Shown here one piece after another: positions 13,712 through 23,915 of a DNA stretch of 45,491 nt. The position numbers were made by a program, and so were the translations under genes. Within the stretch, counting starts at the first letter, position 1; each line of letters starts with the position of its first letter. The stretch is from a virus (taxonomy: Duplodnaviria; Caudoviricetes): IMG/VR virus record IMGVR_UViG_3300018083_000049, positions 1 through 45,491 of that record. One strand, given 5' to 3'. The notes under the pieces were generated by a model that worked only from the letters and a program-made list of their open reading frames with translations, did no database searches and was not told the origin of the DNA.

Positions 13712-16213
13712 ATGATGCTTGAACCATTCAAGTCCATAGCCGAGGCTAACACTGAGTTGCGTGCACTGTGTCATGGTGCGGGCATGGAATTCGACTGTGG
13801 TAGTGGTGGCAACCTCAACTCCACGATTGCCGTGGTTGCCGAAGCTCCAGGTGAACGTGAGTTGCAGCAACACATGCCACTGATAGGAGGCAGTGGTCAT
13901 TACTTGTGGAACATCCTACGCAAGGACAAGCTGGGACGCAATGATGTCTACATCACCAATGTGGTCAAGCGCAAACTCGTGAGTAGTGCTGAAGCACATG
14001 AGTTGAAGCCACGACGTGAGAAGCAAACACTGCCCAAGCAGGAGCGTGTGATATGGCAACACATTCTACACGAGGAACTGAGTCGGCTGCCGAACTTGAA
14101 ATATGTGGTCGCACTTGGGAACTACGCACTCGAAGCATTGGTAGGGATTACTGGTATAACCGACAAACGAGGCAGCGTGTTCCCGTTAGTGATCTCTGGA
14201 CGAGTAATACAGGTGCTGTGCACATTCAATCCTGCACATGTCATGCGCGAACCACGAATGGAGGTGGTGTTTCGCATGGACTTGGGCAAGTTACAGAAGC
14301 TAATCAAGGGGACGTTTAGTGTTCCACGTATCGAGTGTCTCATCAATCCAAGCTATACAGAAGCTCTCGACTTCCTACGATATGCCCACACACTACAATC
14401 ACCGATTGCTTACGACATCGAGACCATGGCTGGTGAGACAGCATGTATTGGTTTTGCTCCATCGAACGACATGGGAATTTGTATTAACTTCCGTAGCCAA
14501 GGAGAGAACCACTACACTACAACACAGGAGCGTGACATCAGGCTTGCGGCTCAGTCGCTACTGGCTAGCCCGGGAACGAGGTTTGTGGCACAGAACGGTC
14601 ACTATGATGCGACGTGGTTATGGTATAAGGACCGCATTCGTGTCAACCCGCATTGGTTCGACACAATGCTTGCACATCATTTTCTATATCCAGGCTTGCC
14701 GCACGACCTCGGCTTCATCACTGCGCAATATACTGATCATCCTCACTACAAGGATGAAGGCAAACTATGGAAGGAGGAAGGCGACATCGATGCATTCTGG
14801 GAATACAATGTGAAGGACTGTTGTATTACGCGTATCGCTGCTGAGAAGATGGAACAGGAACTACTGGACAGTGGCCAACATGATCGCTTCCACAATCATG
14901 TGATGCGGCTACAGCCCGAACTCGTGGAGATGACAATCAATGGAGTGCAAGTAGATGAGCGACTCAAATCCGAACTCAGTGAACGACTTGAGCGAGGACT
15001 CGTTAAAGCAAACGAACTATGCCAAAGCAAGGCACGTGCGGCACTTGGCGATGGCAGCTATGAGTTTAATCCACGAAGTCACCAACAGCTTGCTAAACTC
15101 TTCTTCTCAGACCTACATGTGGTCGGACGAGGAACAAGCACAGATAAGGAGAATAGAGATCGTATTAGAAAACATCCGCGAACAAGCCCAGCAGTTGGCA
15201 GTCTTATCGAAGCTATTGATGACTACTTATCCCAATCCAAATTCGTCTCCACCTACATCAATGCCAAGCCAGACGACGACGGTAGGTGGCGCTGCGCATA
15301 CAAGCAAACAGGAGTTGCCTCTGCGCCCGGGCGGCTCAGCAGCAGTCAAACAGCCTGGGGTAGTGGACTGAACATGCAGAACATACCTGAGCAGGCAAAG
15401 AACATGTTCATTGCTCCTCCAGGTTGGGAGTTTAGCTACTATGACATGTCCCAGATCGAGGCTCGTATTGTGGCATACTTAGCACACATACCCAAATGGA
15501 TTGACCAATTCGAACAAGCTCGTTTACATCCTGGAACTTATGATGCACATTGTGCATTAGCTTCAGAGATGTTCAAGGTGCCATATGACCAAGTTCCGAT
15601 CTACGACCGAGATGGAGGAGGTCTACCTACCATCCGCTTTGTGGCAAAGCGATGCCGACACGGACTCAACTACCGTATGGCCGCAGATAAGCTCGCCACC
15701 GTCACTGGCCTCGCAGCTATCGAAGCTGAACAAGCGTATCGGCTATACCACATGGCAACTCCAGAAATCCACATGTGGTGGGATGACTTGGCTAACCTCG
15801 TCCGCAGGGACCGTGCTATTACAACATGCCTCGGACGACGATGGCTCCTGATGGAGCGGTGGGACGAGGCTGCGCTTGAGGCAATCGTCGCATTCGAACC
15901 ACAGTCGATCAATGGTGATCATACATCGTCGGTAATCTACGCCTGTCATCACGATCCCGAATGGCCACCGACCGCGCGCATTATGATCAATGTCCATGAT
16001 GCGAACATTGCATTGAATAAGCATGAGGATGGTGACGCGGTGCGGCACATCATGCGCAAGCACGCCGAGAAGCCACTCTATATCAATTCGGTCCAGAACC
16101 GATTGCGGGGTGTGGATGATCCTGGTATGCTGATTGTGCCAGCGGAACTTGGTGTGTCCGTGGCAGATGAGCAGGGAGTGCACAGGTGGAGCAGGATTTC
16201 GAAAGTGAAGTAA
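13712..16213 (+). CDS. Family A DNA polymerase with N-terminal family-4 UDG-like domain and 3'-5' exonuclease
   Basis: UDG-like AEAPG..E...PLIGGSG...VYITNVVK...TFNPA; Exo I YDIET, Exo II NGHYD, Exo III YNVKD; GRLSS; motif A DMSQIEAR, motif B RFVAKRCRHGLNY, motif C VHDA; start trimmed to ATG 13712. Confidence 0.93.
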   Translation: MMLEPFKSIAEANTELRALCHGAGMEFDCGSGGNLNSTIAVVAEAPGERELQQHMPLIGGSGHYLWNILRKDKLGRNDVYITNVVKRKLVSSAEAHELKPRREKQTLPKQERVIWQHILHEELSRLPNLKYVVALGNYALEALVGITGITDKRGSVFPLVISGRVIQVLCTFNPAHVMREPRMEVVFRMDLGKLQKLIKGTFSVPRIECLINPSYTEALDFLRYAHTLQSPIAYDIETMAGETACIGFAPSNDMGICINFRSQGENHYTTTQERDIRLAAQSLLASPGTRFVAQNGHYDATWLWYKDRIRVNPHWFDTMLAHHFLYPGLPHDLGFITAQYTDHPHYKDEGKLWKEEGDIDAFWEYNVKDCCITRIAAEKMEQELLDSGQHDRFHNHVMRLQPELVEMTINGVQVDERLKSELSERLERGLVKANELCQSKARAALGDGSYEFNPRSHQQLAKLFFSDLHVVGRGTSTDKENRDRIRKHPRTSPAVGSLIEAIDDYLSQSKFVSTYINAKPDDDGRWRCAYKQTGVASAPGRLSSSQTAWGSGLNMQNIPEQAKNMFIAPPGWEFSYYDMSQIEARIVAYLAHIPKWIDQFEQARLHPGTYDAHCALASEMFKVPYDQVPIYDRDGGGLPTIRFVAKRCRHGLNYRMAADKLATVTGLAAIEAEQAYRLYHMATPEIHMWWDDLANLVRRDRAITTCLGRRWLLMERWDEAALEAIVAFEPQSINGDHTSSVIYACHHDPEWPPTARIMINVHDANIALNKHEDGDAVRHIMRKHAEKPLYINSVQNRLRGVDDPGMLIVPAELGVSVADEQGVHRWSRISKVK

Positions 16214-16392
16214 CACTTCACCACATCAGACTAACACATGGACTTAGTAAATCTGTTCCTTTGCCTGAGGATGCAGATGGTATCAATGGTATATGTCGTT
16301 TCCGCAATCTGTTACTGATTACAACGACCTGTGGTAGATTATTCTCATGGGATGGTGAGTCTGATACCGTCGATGAGATCAAGTTGCCATGA
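16186..16392 (+). CDS. Hypothetical protein (68 aa)
   Basis: Bridges the polymerase and the next gene (ATGA overlap). Confidence 0.5.
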   Translation: MEQDFESEVTLHHIRLTHGLSKSVPLPEDADGINGICRFRNLLLITTTCGRLFSWDGESDTVDEIKLP

Positions 16393-17636
16393 ATCCATAC
16401 TATAACAGTGTGCCTGTGGACTCATTCATCGCACGCTACTTGCGGTTCATGTCTACGCAAGAGACAGCGCATGCATACGATCTATGGGGTGCACTGTGGT
16501 GTCTGGCATGTGCATGTGGTCGTGCTACTTATGTAGCGCGGCCACGTGCGCCTGTCTACCTCAACATGTATCTCATACTGGTAGGTGACAGCGGTATACC
16601 ACGCAAGACCACCAGTGTGAACATGGCATTGGGCCTAATACGCGACCTGTATGCGGGTGATGACACGCTCGGTATCATCGATGCCAAGCTGACCAGTGAA
16701 CACCTTGATCACATAATCCATGAGCGGTCTAAGCTGCATGGCAGTGGTCAGGTTGCCATCGGTGTGCCTGAGTTGGCCGTATTCATGGGCAGTGAAGCCT
16801 ACTTGGTCAACATGCCCGCTACACTCACGGATCTGTACGATTGTCCAGCAAGTAGACAAGGTGGAACCATATCACGTGGCCTGTCTGAGCAACGTGATGT
16901 GTGGGTATCATTGATCAGTGGTAGCACACCGATCTGGTTGCTGAAGACAGTCAACCCGAAGGTCGTGGAGGGCGGTTTCTCATCACGCTGCATGTTTGTC
17001 GTATCGAATGAGCCTAAGCAGAGCATACCATGGCCCATGGAGGAGGACAATGCGAATGCCAGAGATGATCTTGTCGATACTCTGCATTACACTCGTCGCC
17101 GTGCTACTGAATGTGATCCTATTCGTATTATAGACTCAGCACTTGGCCTGTTCAGTGAATGGTATGCAACACGTGATCACAGTACTGATCCATTCAAGCA
17201 ATCGTTCGAAGCGCGTGAGGACTCACACGTATTGCGCATTGCCGCACTGCTTGGGATCAATGACGATAGTTGGGAGATTCAACACAAGCATGTTGCGCTT
17301 GCCATCAAGCTGATTGATGCTATCAAGATGTCGAGCGGTGCCATGTTCGAGTATGGCATATCACGAAGCAAGTATGCTGCTGCATTCGATGTGATACGTA
17401 GCCTGTTGATCAGCAAAGGTATGGACCCCATACCCAGACACATATTGCAACGCAAGTGTAGGTATTGGATACACAGCAGTGAGTTATCGGTGCTTATGGA
17501 ATGTATGCATGAGTTCAAGGTGGTGCAGCGGTTCCAGTCCATGCCGGATCGAGGACGGCCTACGGAATATTTCAGGGGGACCGAGAAGCTGCTGGACCGG
17601 GGGATCGGTGAGAAGATATTAGATCATTTCACTTAG
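16389..17636 (+). CDS. DUF3987-like AAA+ ATPase / replicative helicase-like protein with C-terminal wHTH; no primase domain
   Basis: NMYLILVGDSGIPRKTT P-loop, LTDLYDC, SLISGSTP, GGFSSRCMFV, HVLRIAALL, C-terminal GRPTEY. Confidence 0.7.
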   Translation: MNPYYNSVPVDSFIARYLRFMSTQETAHAYDLWGALWCLACACGRATYVARPRAPVYLNMYLILVGDSGIPRKTTSVNMALGLIRDLYAGDDTLGIIDAKLTSEHLDHIIHERSKLHGSGQVAIGVPELAVFMGSEAYLVNMPATLTDLYDCPASRQGGTISRGLSEQRDVWVSLISGSTPIWLLKTVNPKVVEGGFSSRCMFVVSNEPKQSIPWPMEEDNANARDDLVDTLHYTRRRATECDPIRIIDSALGLFSEWYATRDHSTDPFKQSFEAREDSHVLRIAALLGINDDSWEIQHKHVALAIKLIDAIKMSSGAMFEYGISRSKYAAAFDVIRSLLISKGMDPIPRHILQRKCRYWIHSSELSVLMECMHEFKVVQRFQSMPDRGRPTEYFRGTEKLLDRGIGEKILDHFT

Positions 17637-20600
17637 CAAATTGCTCACGGCCCTCATTCCAACGTATATCGCTTAGCTTGTTTATATCTTTGCCCGCCAG
17701 CTTACTTAAGTTCCAATACATATCCTGTACATATGCATCCACCAGCTTGTATTTATCAGTCATCACACGTGTCTGATCATTCAGCCATGCAGTGCGTCTG
17801 GCTGGGTCCATGCCTTGCTTCTCTACACCATGCATCTGTGTCTTGATTTGTTTAATTGGTTCCATGGCTTTATCAATTCTATTCTTCCAGCCATTAGCAA
17901 CTATCAGCATGTGTTGCATGTATGGGTCATTGCTAACTGCTTTGTTTACTGTCTCAGGCACAGGCAATGGCATTTTGCCTGATGTAAATCCTTCACGCGA
18001 TGGCTGAGATTTGGTTGGTAACTTGATAAGATCATCGAGCGTTGGTCTGAGTGCTGCTGCAATTGGTGGATTGAGTGATAAACGCATCTGCGTTTCCATA
18101 ACCACGTTGTTGAACGGCAGATTTGCCTGACGTGTATTGTGTAACCAATCACGTCCTGCCATACCTGCACTATCCAACCAGCCATGACCTTGTGTATGAT
18201 AACGGTATGTGTTATTGGGCATATCCACTAGGGCATGTGCAACCGATCCGATCACAGTTGATAGCATGTCCTCGAATATCTTTCCATTCTTGCTGTCAAG
18301 CGGCGCATCGGCTCCTTCCCCTGGCACACCTTTGCCATAACCACCACCGGCAGGTGGACGGTATGCGTCTATGATGCCCTTACCATGCACGATACCATTG
18401 TAATCAATGCTTCCCAGATATGGTGGTAGATTAACAACACCATATTGGTCTATGGTAGCATGTGTCATGGCATCTGCATTGCTATTGGTTATATGGCCGC
18501 CAAGGAAGTTGGTTAAGCCTTCCCATATAGCCTTGAACACATCAGGATCATGCTTTGCTGCTGCGATGTTGATTGTCTTGGACATGAGATCGAGCATGTA
18601 TGCAAATGATAGCCGTAAGTCTTGCTCAAGTGGTAACATGGTTGGCTTGGTTGGATCATCATTCAATGACAATGGCACATTGGCTTCACGTTGTTGCAAC
18701 GAGAGTTGATTTTGTAACCAATCCATATGTTCAGGTGAACGCATAGCAGTAAGCAATACCGCTGCTGCCATAGAGCCAAGTCCCATAGCCAGTGTAACTG
18801 GTGTGCCTATAGGACGCTCACCCTTAGCACGCCATGCACGTCCTATGCCCTGTGCGGATATGTTCAGCCATGGCAGTGCTGTATTGAGTCCACCCATCAG
18901 CTTGCCGCTACCCTTGCGTCCTGGATTACCAGCTATGTTACGCATCTCATACGTGAGGCGTTCTGGTCCAAGGTTTGGATTGCGTCTGTTGATATCAGCG
19001 AAGAAGTTGACGCCAGCGTCATTCATATTACCATATGCTTCACCAATCATGTTGTGAAGTTGTATGGCCTTGGGCTTGAAGCCTAACCAATTCTTTGCAA
19101 AGTATGATTGCGGAACAAGGCGTGCCATCTCGGAGCGGTATCCGATATCTGCATTCCTGTTGAAGTTCAAACGTCCCTTACCAGCGACAATACCTGGAGC
19201 ATCCACCTTCACAGGTGAACCATGCCCTTCCAAGTACTGGCTTTGTCGCCATGCTGCGTTGCTATTCTGCCAACGTGTCATCATGGCATTGTGGATAGAG
19301 TTTGCAGTTGCGGGATCAAGCATCGACCGCATATATTGGTTCCATATGCTGGGCGATGATGGATGTGTTAGTTCTGCCATACGTCTGGTGAACTGTCTGT
19401 TCGCAACATCCACTGCATAGTGTGCCATGGTAGCAGGTGGATTGATCCACATATCAGCAGCACGTGCCAAGCTACTATCAATACCAAGTCGCTGCTTCAC
19501 GAACCGATCGGTATATCCTGCATAGCCTTCTCGTGTCATGTTCACGGCACCAGCCATAGGTGTGTAGAACATATTGCGTATTGGAGTTGCACGTCCAGTA
19601 GCAAGCGATGCAATGCCTGTCGTGCCTTTGGTATATGCTTGTCGTAGCTTGCCTATGACATCAAGCCGTACACGTGCTGCACTATCGCCTTTCGAGTTGA
19701 AGATATGGTAGCCGTCTGGATCATCGATACGATATTGCTTGGCTCCGTTCTTGCGAATAGTGATAATAGGATCACGTGGTTGACCGCCTATCTCATTGAA
19801 TGGCGATGCGTAGTATGATGCATGATGACCTGTCGGTGCATTCACTGGAGTGATAAACTTAGGCGCACCAGGAGACCGCTGCCAATCCAGCATGTGGTCC
19901 ATGAGTTGGGCCTTAATCCTGGCCTCAGTGAATAGTGGATATAACCGCTCAATGTGATTACCCATCGCATGTGCTGGGCTAATGCTCATCTGCGCTTGAC
20001 CAGTGAGTGCGCTGGTATCGCGTGGACCAAGCGGATGCATGAGCCTACCATGCAGATCATGCTCTGCTACATAATTTGGTCGCTGTGACTTGAGATTGCC
20101 GACTTCTCCTGCGTCGAAGAAGCCATATGCAGAATGACCACCAATGTCTATGATGCCATTGTGTATGGCCTTGTAGCGTTCTTCCATCTCACGGAGTTGT
20201 GGATCACTCCGCATGGCCGCAACCATACCATTGAGGTCGGCATCTGTCTTACCAATCAGATCATGTCTAGTGTCTGCATTTGTTGGTGTTCTGCCTGGAT
20301 TTGCTGCGGCGAATGCTCTCCTGTTGCGGACACGGTTGTCCTGTTCATTCAATGCTTGTAAGCCTTGATCTATTACACTCTGCCTTGCTACAGGCAAAGT
20401 AGCATGATCAGCTACCCACTTAGCAGGACTTGGAATCTGTATTCCTGTATCTCGATCAAAGCCAGTACGCATGAATTGGCGCACCTTGGTGTCTGACAAC
20501 TGCGTGTCATACATGTTACCGACGGCAGCAGCCAGTCGCTCAGCCGTGTTGGGATTATCACTCGTGAGCTTGATATAGTTCTGATCACGTGCAGCCTCAT

Positions 20601-21807
20601 TCACCAGCTTGTCTGCTGTGTATACCGCACCACGCCGCACCACGTTGCCTTGTGGAACTAATCCAGTTACTGGTTCACCACCAGGAGGAATGGCTGGCGT
20701 GCCAGGACCGCGTGCTATGACTTCAGCATTGTAGTCATTCACTCTGGCTGCGAAATCAGGATCAGCTATGCGTGCATCACGTGCGGCTTGTGTATACTCT
20801 GCACCTTTGCGATACAACTTCCTGCCACCGATAATGCCAAGCACGCCAGCAGCGACTTCAGCAAGTGATTGCCATACCGGCGTTCCTGTTACACCTTGTT
20901 GTGTGAATGTGGCTGTGACAGGCTCCTGGAATGTATCACTGATAGAGTTGGTTGATGTAGGCGCTGGTGCCTGGAATGTATCACTGATTGATGCAGGTGC
21001 AGGTTGTTTTGGTGTTGCTGCTTCAGCCGATGATATGAATGGATTAGAGATTGATGGTAATGTCAGCGCAGCTTCTTCCTTAGCAGGAGAAGGCGGAGGA
21101 ATAACAGCAGGTGGTATTGGTGGCACAGGCAATTCTGTTCCAGCAGGAACAGGCTGCATCTCCGTTACTGCTTCGGGCTGTGGATCAACTATGTTGCTGA
21201 TAGCTTCCTGTGCACCACCAACACCCAGGTTGATGGCAGCTAGTCGTGGCAACATCTCAGGCTGTGTAGATAGCGGTGCTACGAGTGCACCTGCGATTGT
21301 CTTGGTCCCATATGGTGCAAGTCTTGTCACCGCTCGCGCAAGTGCAGGCGGTCCAACACCAACACCACTGGCCAATGATGTGCCAAGCACATCTGCGAAC
21401 GTGCCCTCCAACGTATTCATGTTTGGCTCAGGCAGCACGCCGCCTGAGTAGTTGGCAATGCCTTCCTTTATATCAGCACGTGTTTCCTCGAAGTGTTCAC
21501 CCGCATTCTTCAGGAACTCAGGAGGATTAGGAATGTTGAGACCAAATGTCTTGTTTAGAATGTTTGCGCCATGCGTGCCAAGGAAGTTGAGCATACCACC
21601 ATATGCTTCGGCCACTCCCATAGCTGGAATGTTATTCAGAATTGGTCCTGGTAAGTTTCGATCAGGGAACGCCAATGCAAGAGGCATGGACAATGCTGCA
21701 TTGGGCGCTGGTATGAGCGACTTGACTGTTCGCTCATTCGCAGCCATGATTTCTTCAGGCGTGCGAGCCTGTTCACCACTGAGTAACGATAGGAGTTGTC
21801 CGCTCAT
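17629..21807 (-). CDS. Large internal virion/ejection protein (1392 aa) with LPD38-like C-terminal region
   Basis: Last and largest late gene; LPWLNISAQGIGRAWR, a hydrophobic helix, then W...LP pattern resembling LPD38. Confidence 0.7.
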   Translation of the reverse strand: MSGQLLSLLSGEQARTPEEIMAANERTVKSLIPAPNAALSMPLALAFPDRNLPGPILNNIPAMGVAEAYGGMLNFLGTHGANILNKTFGLNIPNPPEFLKNAGEHFEETRADIKEGIANYSGGVLPEPNMNTLEGTFADVLGTSLASGVGVGPPALARAVTRLAPYGTKTIAGALVAPLSTQPEMLPRLAAINLGVGGAQEAISNIVDPQPEAVTEMQPVPAGTELPVPPIPPAVIPPPSPAKEEAALTLPSISNPFISSAEAATPKQPAPASISDTFQAPAPTSTNSISDTFQEPVTATFTQQGVTGTPVWQSLAEVAAGVLGIIGGRKLYRKGAEYTQAARDARIADPDFAARVNDYNAEVIARGPGTPAIPPGGEPVTGLVPQGNVVRRGAVYTADKLVNEAARDQNYIKLTSDNPNTAERLAAAVGNMYDTQLSDTKVRQFMRTGFDRDTGIQIPSPAKWVADHATLPVARQSVIDQGLQALNEQDNRVRNRRAFAAANPGRTPTNADTRHDLIGKTDADLNGMVAAMRSDPQLREMEERYKAIHNGIIDIGGHSAYGFFDAGEVGNLKSQRPNYVAEHDLHGRLMHPLGPRDTSALTGQAQMSISPAHAMGNHIERLYPLFTEARIKAQLMDHMLDWQRSPGAPKFITPVNAPTGHHASYYASPFNEIGGQPRDPIITIRKNGAKQYRIDDPDGYHIFNSKGDSAARVRLDVIGKLRQAYTKGTTGIASLATGRATPIRNMFYTPMAGAVNMTREGYAGYTDRFVKQRLGIDSSLARAADMWINPPATMAHYAVDVANRQFTRRMAELTHPSSPSIWNQYMRSMLDPATANSIHNAMMTRWQNSNAAWRQSQYLEGHGSPVKVDAPGIVAGKGRLNFNRNADIGYRSEMARLVPQSYFAKNWLGFKPKAIQLHNMIGEAYGNMNDAGVNFFADINRRNPNLGPERLTYEMRNIAGNPGRKGSGKLMGGLNTALPWLNISAQGIGRAWRAKGERPIGTPVTLAMGLGSMAAAVLLTAMRSPEHMDWLQNQLSLQQREANVPLSLNDDPTKPTMLPLEQDLRLSFAYMLDLMSKTINIAAAKHDPDVFKAIWEGLTNFLGGHITNSNADAMTHATIDQYGVVNLPPYLGSIDYNGIVHGKGIIDAYRPPAGGGYGKGVPGEGADAPLDSKNGKIFEDMLSTVIGSVAHALVDMPNNTYRYHTQGHGWLDSAGMAGRDWLHNTRQANLPFNNVVMETQMRLSLNPPIAAALRPTLDDLIKLPTKSQPSREGFTSGKMPLPVPETVNKAVSNDPYMQHMLIVANGWKNRIDKAMEPIKQIKTQMHGVEKQGMDPARRTAWLNDQTRVMTDKYKLVDAYVQDMYWNLSKLAGKDINKLSDIRWNEGREQFAK

Positions 21808-22793
21808 TGGTATCTCTTACCAGTTGCTCCTATGTATTGGTTCGTCTGTGGATCGACTTGTGGCCTACCACCATTTGTCTTTGCGCCTGCTACAATGTCA
21901 GCATAGCCTGGATGTGCTTGCGTGCGTGGATTGTTTAGGTTGTTCATGAATACTTGTTGTTTTGCTCTAACTCCTGGCGATTCGTTAGCTGCTACTGCTG
22001 GTGCTTGCCTACGATTTGGGTTCTCTTGTAAACGTGTTTTGCTGGATGCAGCTGGGCTTGTTGTTGGTGCACTATCCTTAGATGGTAATGGTTTAGGAGT
22101 TTCTGTTTGTTCAACACGTGGGACACCACGTCTTTCCAAATCCTGAAAGACACGCTCAGTTGGTATCTTGCTCCCATAGCTAAGGTGTGATGGACCAAAT
22201 GGAGTCATTACATCAAAGCCTTGTGATGGGCCACGTGTGTCTGCACCTCCACCTGCATGTCGTGCGTTTGCGCCAGCTTCCCTGAGCATGATATTGCGTG
22301 TTGATAATGGTATGCCGAATGGTCCAAGCAAACCATTCGATGCACGAGCAGCTTGCTCATCAGTTATATCACGTCCTGCTTCCGCTGCACTCTTTGCTCC
22401 TGATCCTGCTTGCTCAAGTATTTTGGCATTCTGCAAACCAGTGAGCCCACCTTCGACACTACTTGTAAGATCGGCGCTAAGAGCACGTCCTGGTCCAACA
22501 ATTTGGTTGTATGCTGATGCACCGCCACGGTGTTGTATTGCCGTCATGGCTTCTTTGAGATATGTCTCCTGCAATTGCTGAGCAAGTTGTTGCTTAGCAA
22601 AGTCATGCTGTATGCCCATCTCGTGGCCATAGTTGGCCGCATCAGTCGTGCGCTGCAACTGGTATAGGTCGAGCAGGTTGGCTGCGTTCTCAGGACTGTT
22701 GCCAACTGCAAGCTTGGCCAGATCAGTTTCGATTGGATACGGATCAACCGCTGCTGGATTGTATGCACCGTAGCCAGATGTTGAGGATGGCAT
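21804..22793 (-). CDS. Internal virion/ejection protein (329 aa)
   Basis: Gln/Ala-rich and helical; ATGA-coupled to the large core gene. Confidence 0.65.
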   Translation of the reverse strand: MPSSTSGYGAYNPAAVDPYPIETDLAKLAVGNSPENAANLLDLYQLQRTTDAANYGHEMGIQHDFAKQQLAQQLQETYLKEAMTAIQHRGGASAYNQIVGPGRALSADLTSSVEGGLTGLQNAKILEQAGSGAKSAAEAGRDITDEQAARASNGLLGPFGIPLSTRNIMLREAGANARHAGGGADTRGPSQGFDVMTPFGPSHLSYGSKIPTERVFQDLERRGVPRVEQTETPKPLPSKDSAPTTSPAASSKTRLQENPNRRQAPAVAANESPGVRAKQQVFMNNLNNPRTQAHPGYADIVAGAKTNGGRPQVDPQTNQYIGATGKRYQ

Positions 22794-22795
22794 TG

Positions 22796-23914
22796 TTATG
22801 AACTCCCAAATCCACCTTCAAGCGGCTTGTAGAAACCCAGATCAGTCAACGTCTGAGCGCCTGCACCACCAGCGGTATAGCCAAGTTTCGCTGGATCATA
22901 CGCACTACTTTCTCCAGGACTGAACAAGCCCTTGTATGCAGCAGACAAGTTATCACCAACACTCTTATTCGTCAGTGCCGTGCCAATCTCCTTACCAGCC
23001 GTCTGCAATGCATTGCTCGGTGTTGCTAGACTACCGATCAGGTTCTTATACGCATTCTGTGTTTGGCCCGCACCTGTGTTCACACCACCCATGCCATAGG
23101 CTGCACCAACACCACCTTGCTGTGCACGTGCCGCAACCGCGCTGGCCAATGCATCCTTGTTACCGGATGGAGTAATGCCTGGGTATTGGAACTGTGGTGT
23201 GGCAAGCGCATTTGTGTTCACCGCCGTGCTTTCCAAACTCCGTCGTCGATTAGCATTTATCTCATCCACACCAGTCAATGCTTTGATCTGCGAGTCAGCG
23301 AGTGTATCGCGTAATGACTCAAACTGTTGTTTGCCAAGTGCAGCCATCACTGGTGCAGCCGCTGTGCCTGTGCGTTGATACGACCTTAGCGTGTCAGCCG
23401 TCAGTGGGTCGAATGTGGCACGTGCTGCATCGGTTGCACGCTGCTGTAGTAGACCAGCGAGTGTGCTGGATGGCATATCGCGATTATCGCGCAGGTTGCG
23501 TTGTGCGGTGTCCGCTACAGGTCCAGCATTGGTTGCACGTATCGCGGCTTGTTCATTAGCAGCCTGTGCTTGTCGCAAGTCTGTGGTGTTGCGTGATATG
23601 GCCGCGAGATCAGCGGCATCCTGCACCTGCTTAGGCTGTTCGCCTAGTTTACTGACCCATTGATTGGTCGCGGGATCGTATTGCAACGCACTGCCATATG
23701 TATCCGTGCTACCAGCGATGCTACGCTGGTTGATGAGCGTGGCTAACGCACGTTGGTATTGGTCATTGTTGCGTGCATCCTGTAGCTGTGCGGCAGCAAT
23801 GGCTTGACCACGATCCGCTGTCGTGTTGCCACGACCAAGTGTGCCAGCAATGGTGCTGCCAACACCAACGGTTGTGCCAATAAGTGAGGCAATGGCAGCG
23901 GCTGTTGCGACCAT
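22796..23914 (-). CDS. Internal virion/ejection protein (372 aa)
   Basis: Gly/Ala hydrophobic N-terminus (MVATAAAIASLIGTTVGVG) and Q/A-rich helices, typical of podovirus DNA-transfer proteins. Confidence 0.7.
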   Translation of the reverse strand: MVATAAAIASLIGTTVGVGSTIAGTLGRGNTTADRGQAIAAAQLQDARNNDQYQRALATLINQRSIAGSTDTYGSALQYDPATNQWVSKLGEQPKQVQDAADLAAISRNTTDLRQAQAANEQAAIRATNAGPVADTAQRNLRDNRDMPSSTLAGLLQQRATDAARATFDPLTADTLRSYQRTGTAAAPVMAALGKQQFESLRDTLADSQIKALTGVDEINANRRRSLESTAVNTNALATPQFQYPGITPSGNKDALASAVAARAQQGGVGAAYGMGGVNTGAGQTQNAYKNLIGSLATPSNALQTAGKEIGTALTNKSVGDNLSAAYKGLFSPGESSAYDPAKLGYTAGGAGAQTLTDLGFYKPLEGGFGSS

Positions 23915-23915
23915 G

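Noticed and set aside
13712-16213. Hypermodified genome (Z-base, hmU or dU DNA) suggested by the unusual polymerase
   Set aside because: No purZ, dUTPase/dATPase, thymidylate synthase/hydroxymethylase, kinase or glycosyltransferase gene was recognisable.
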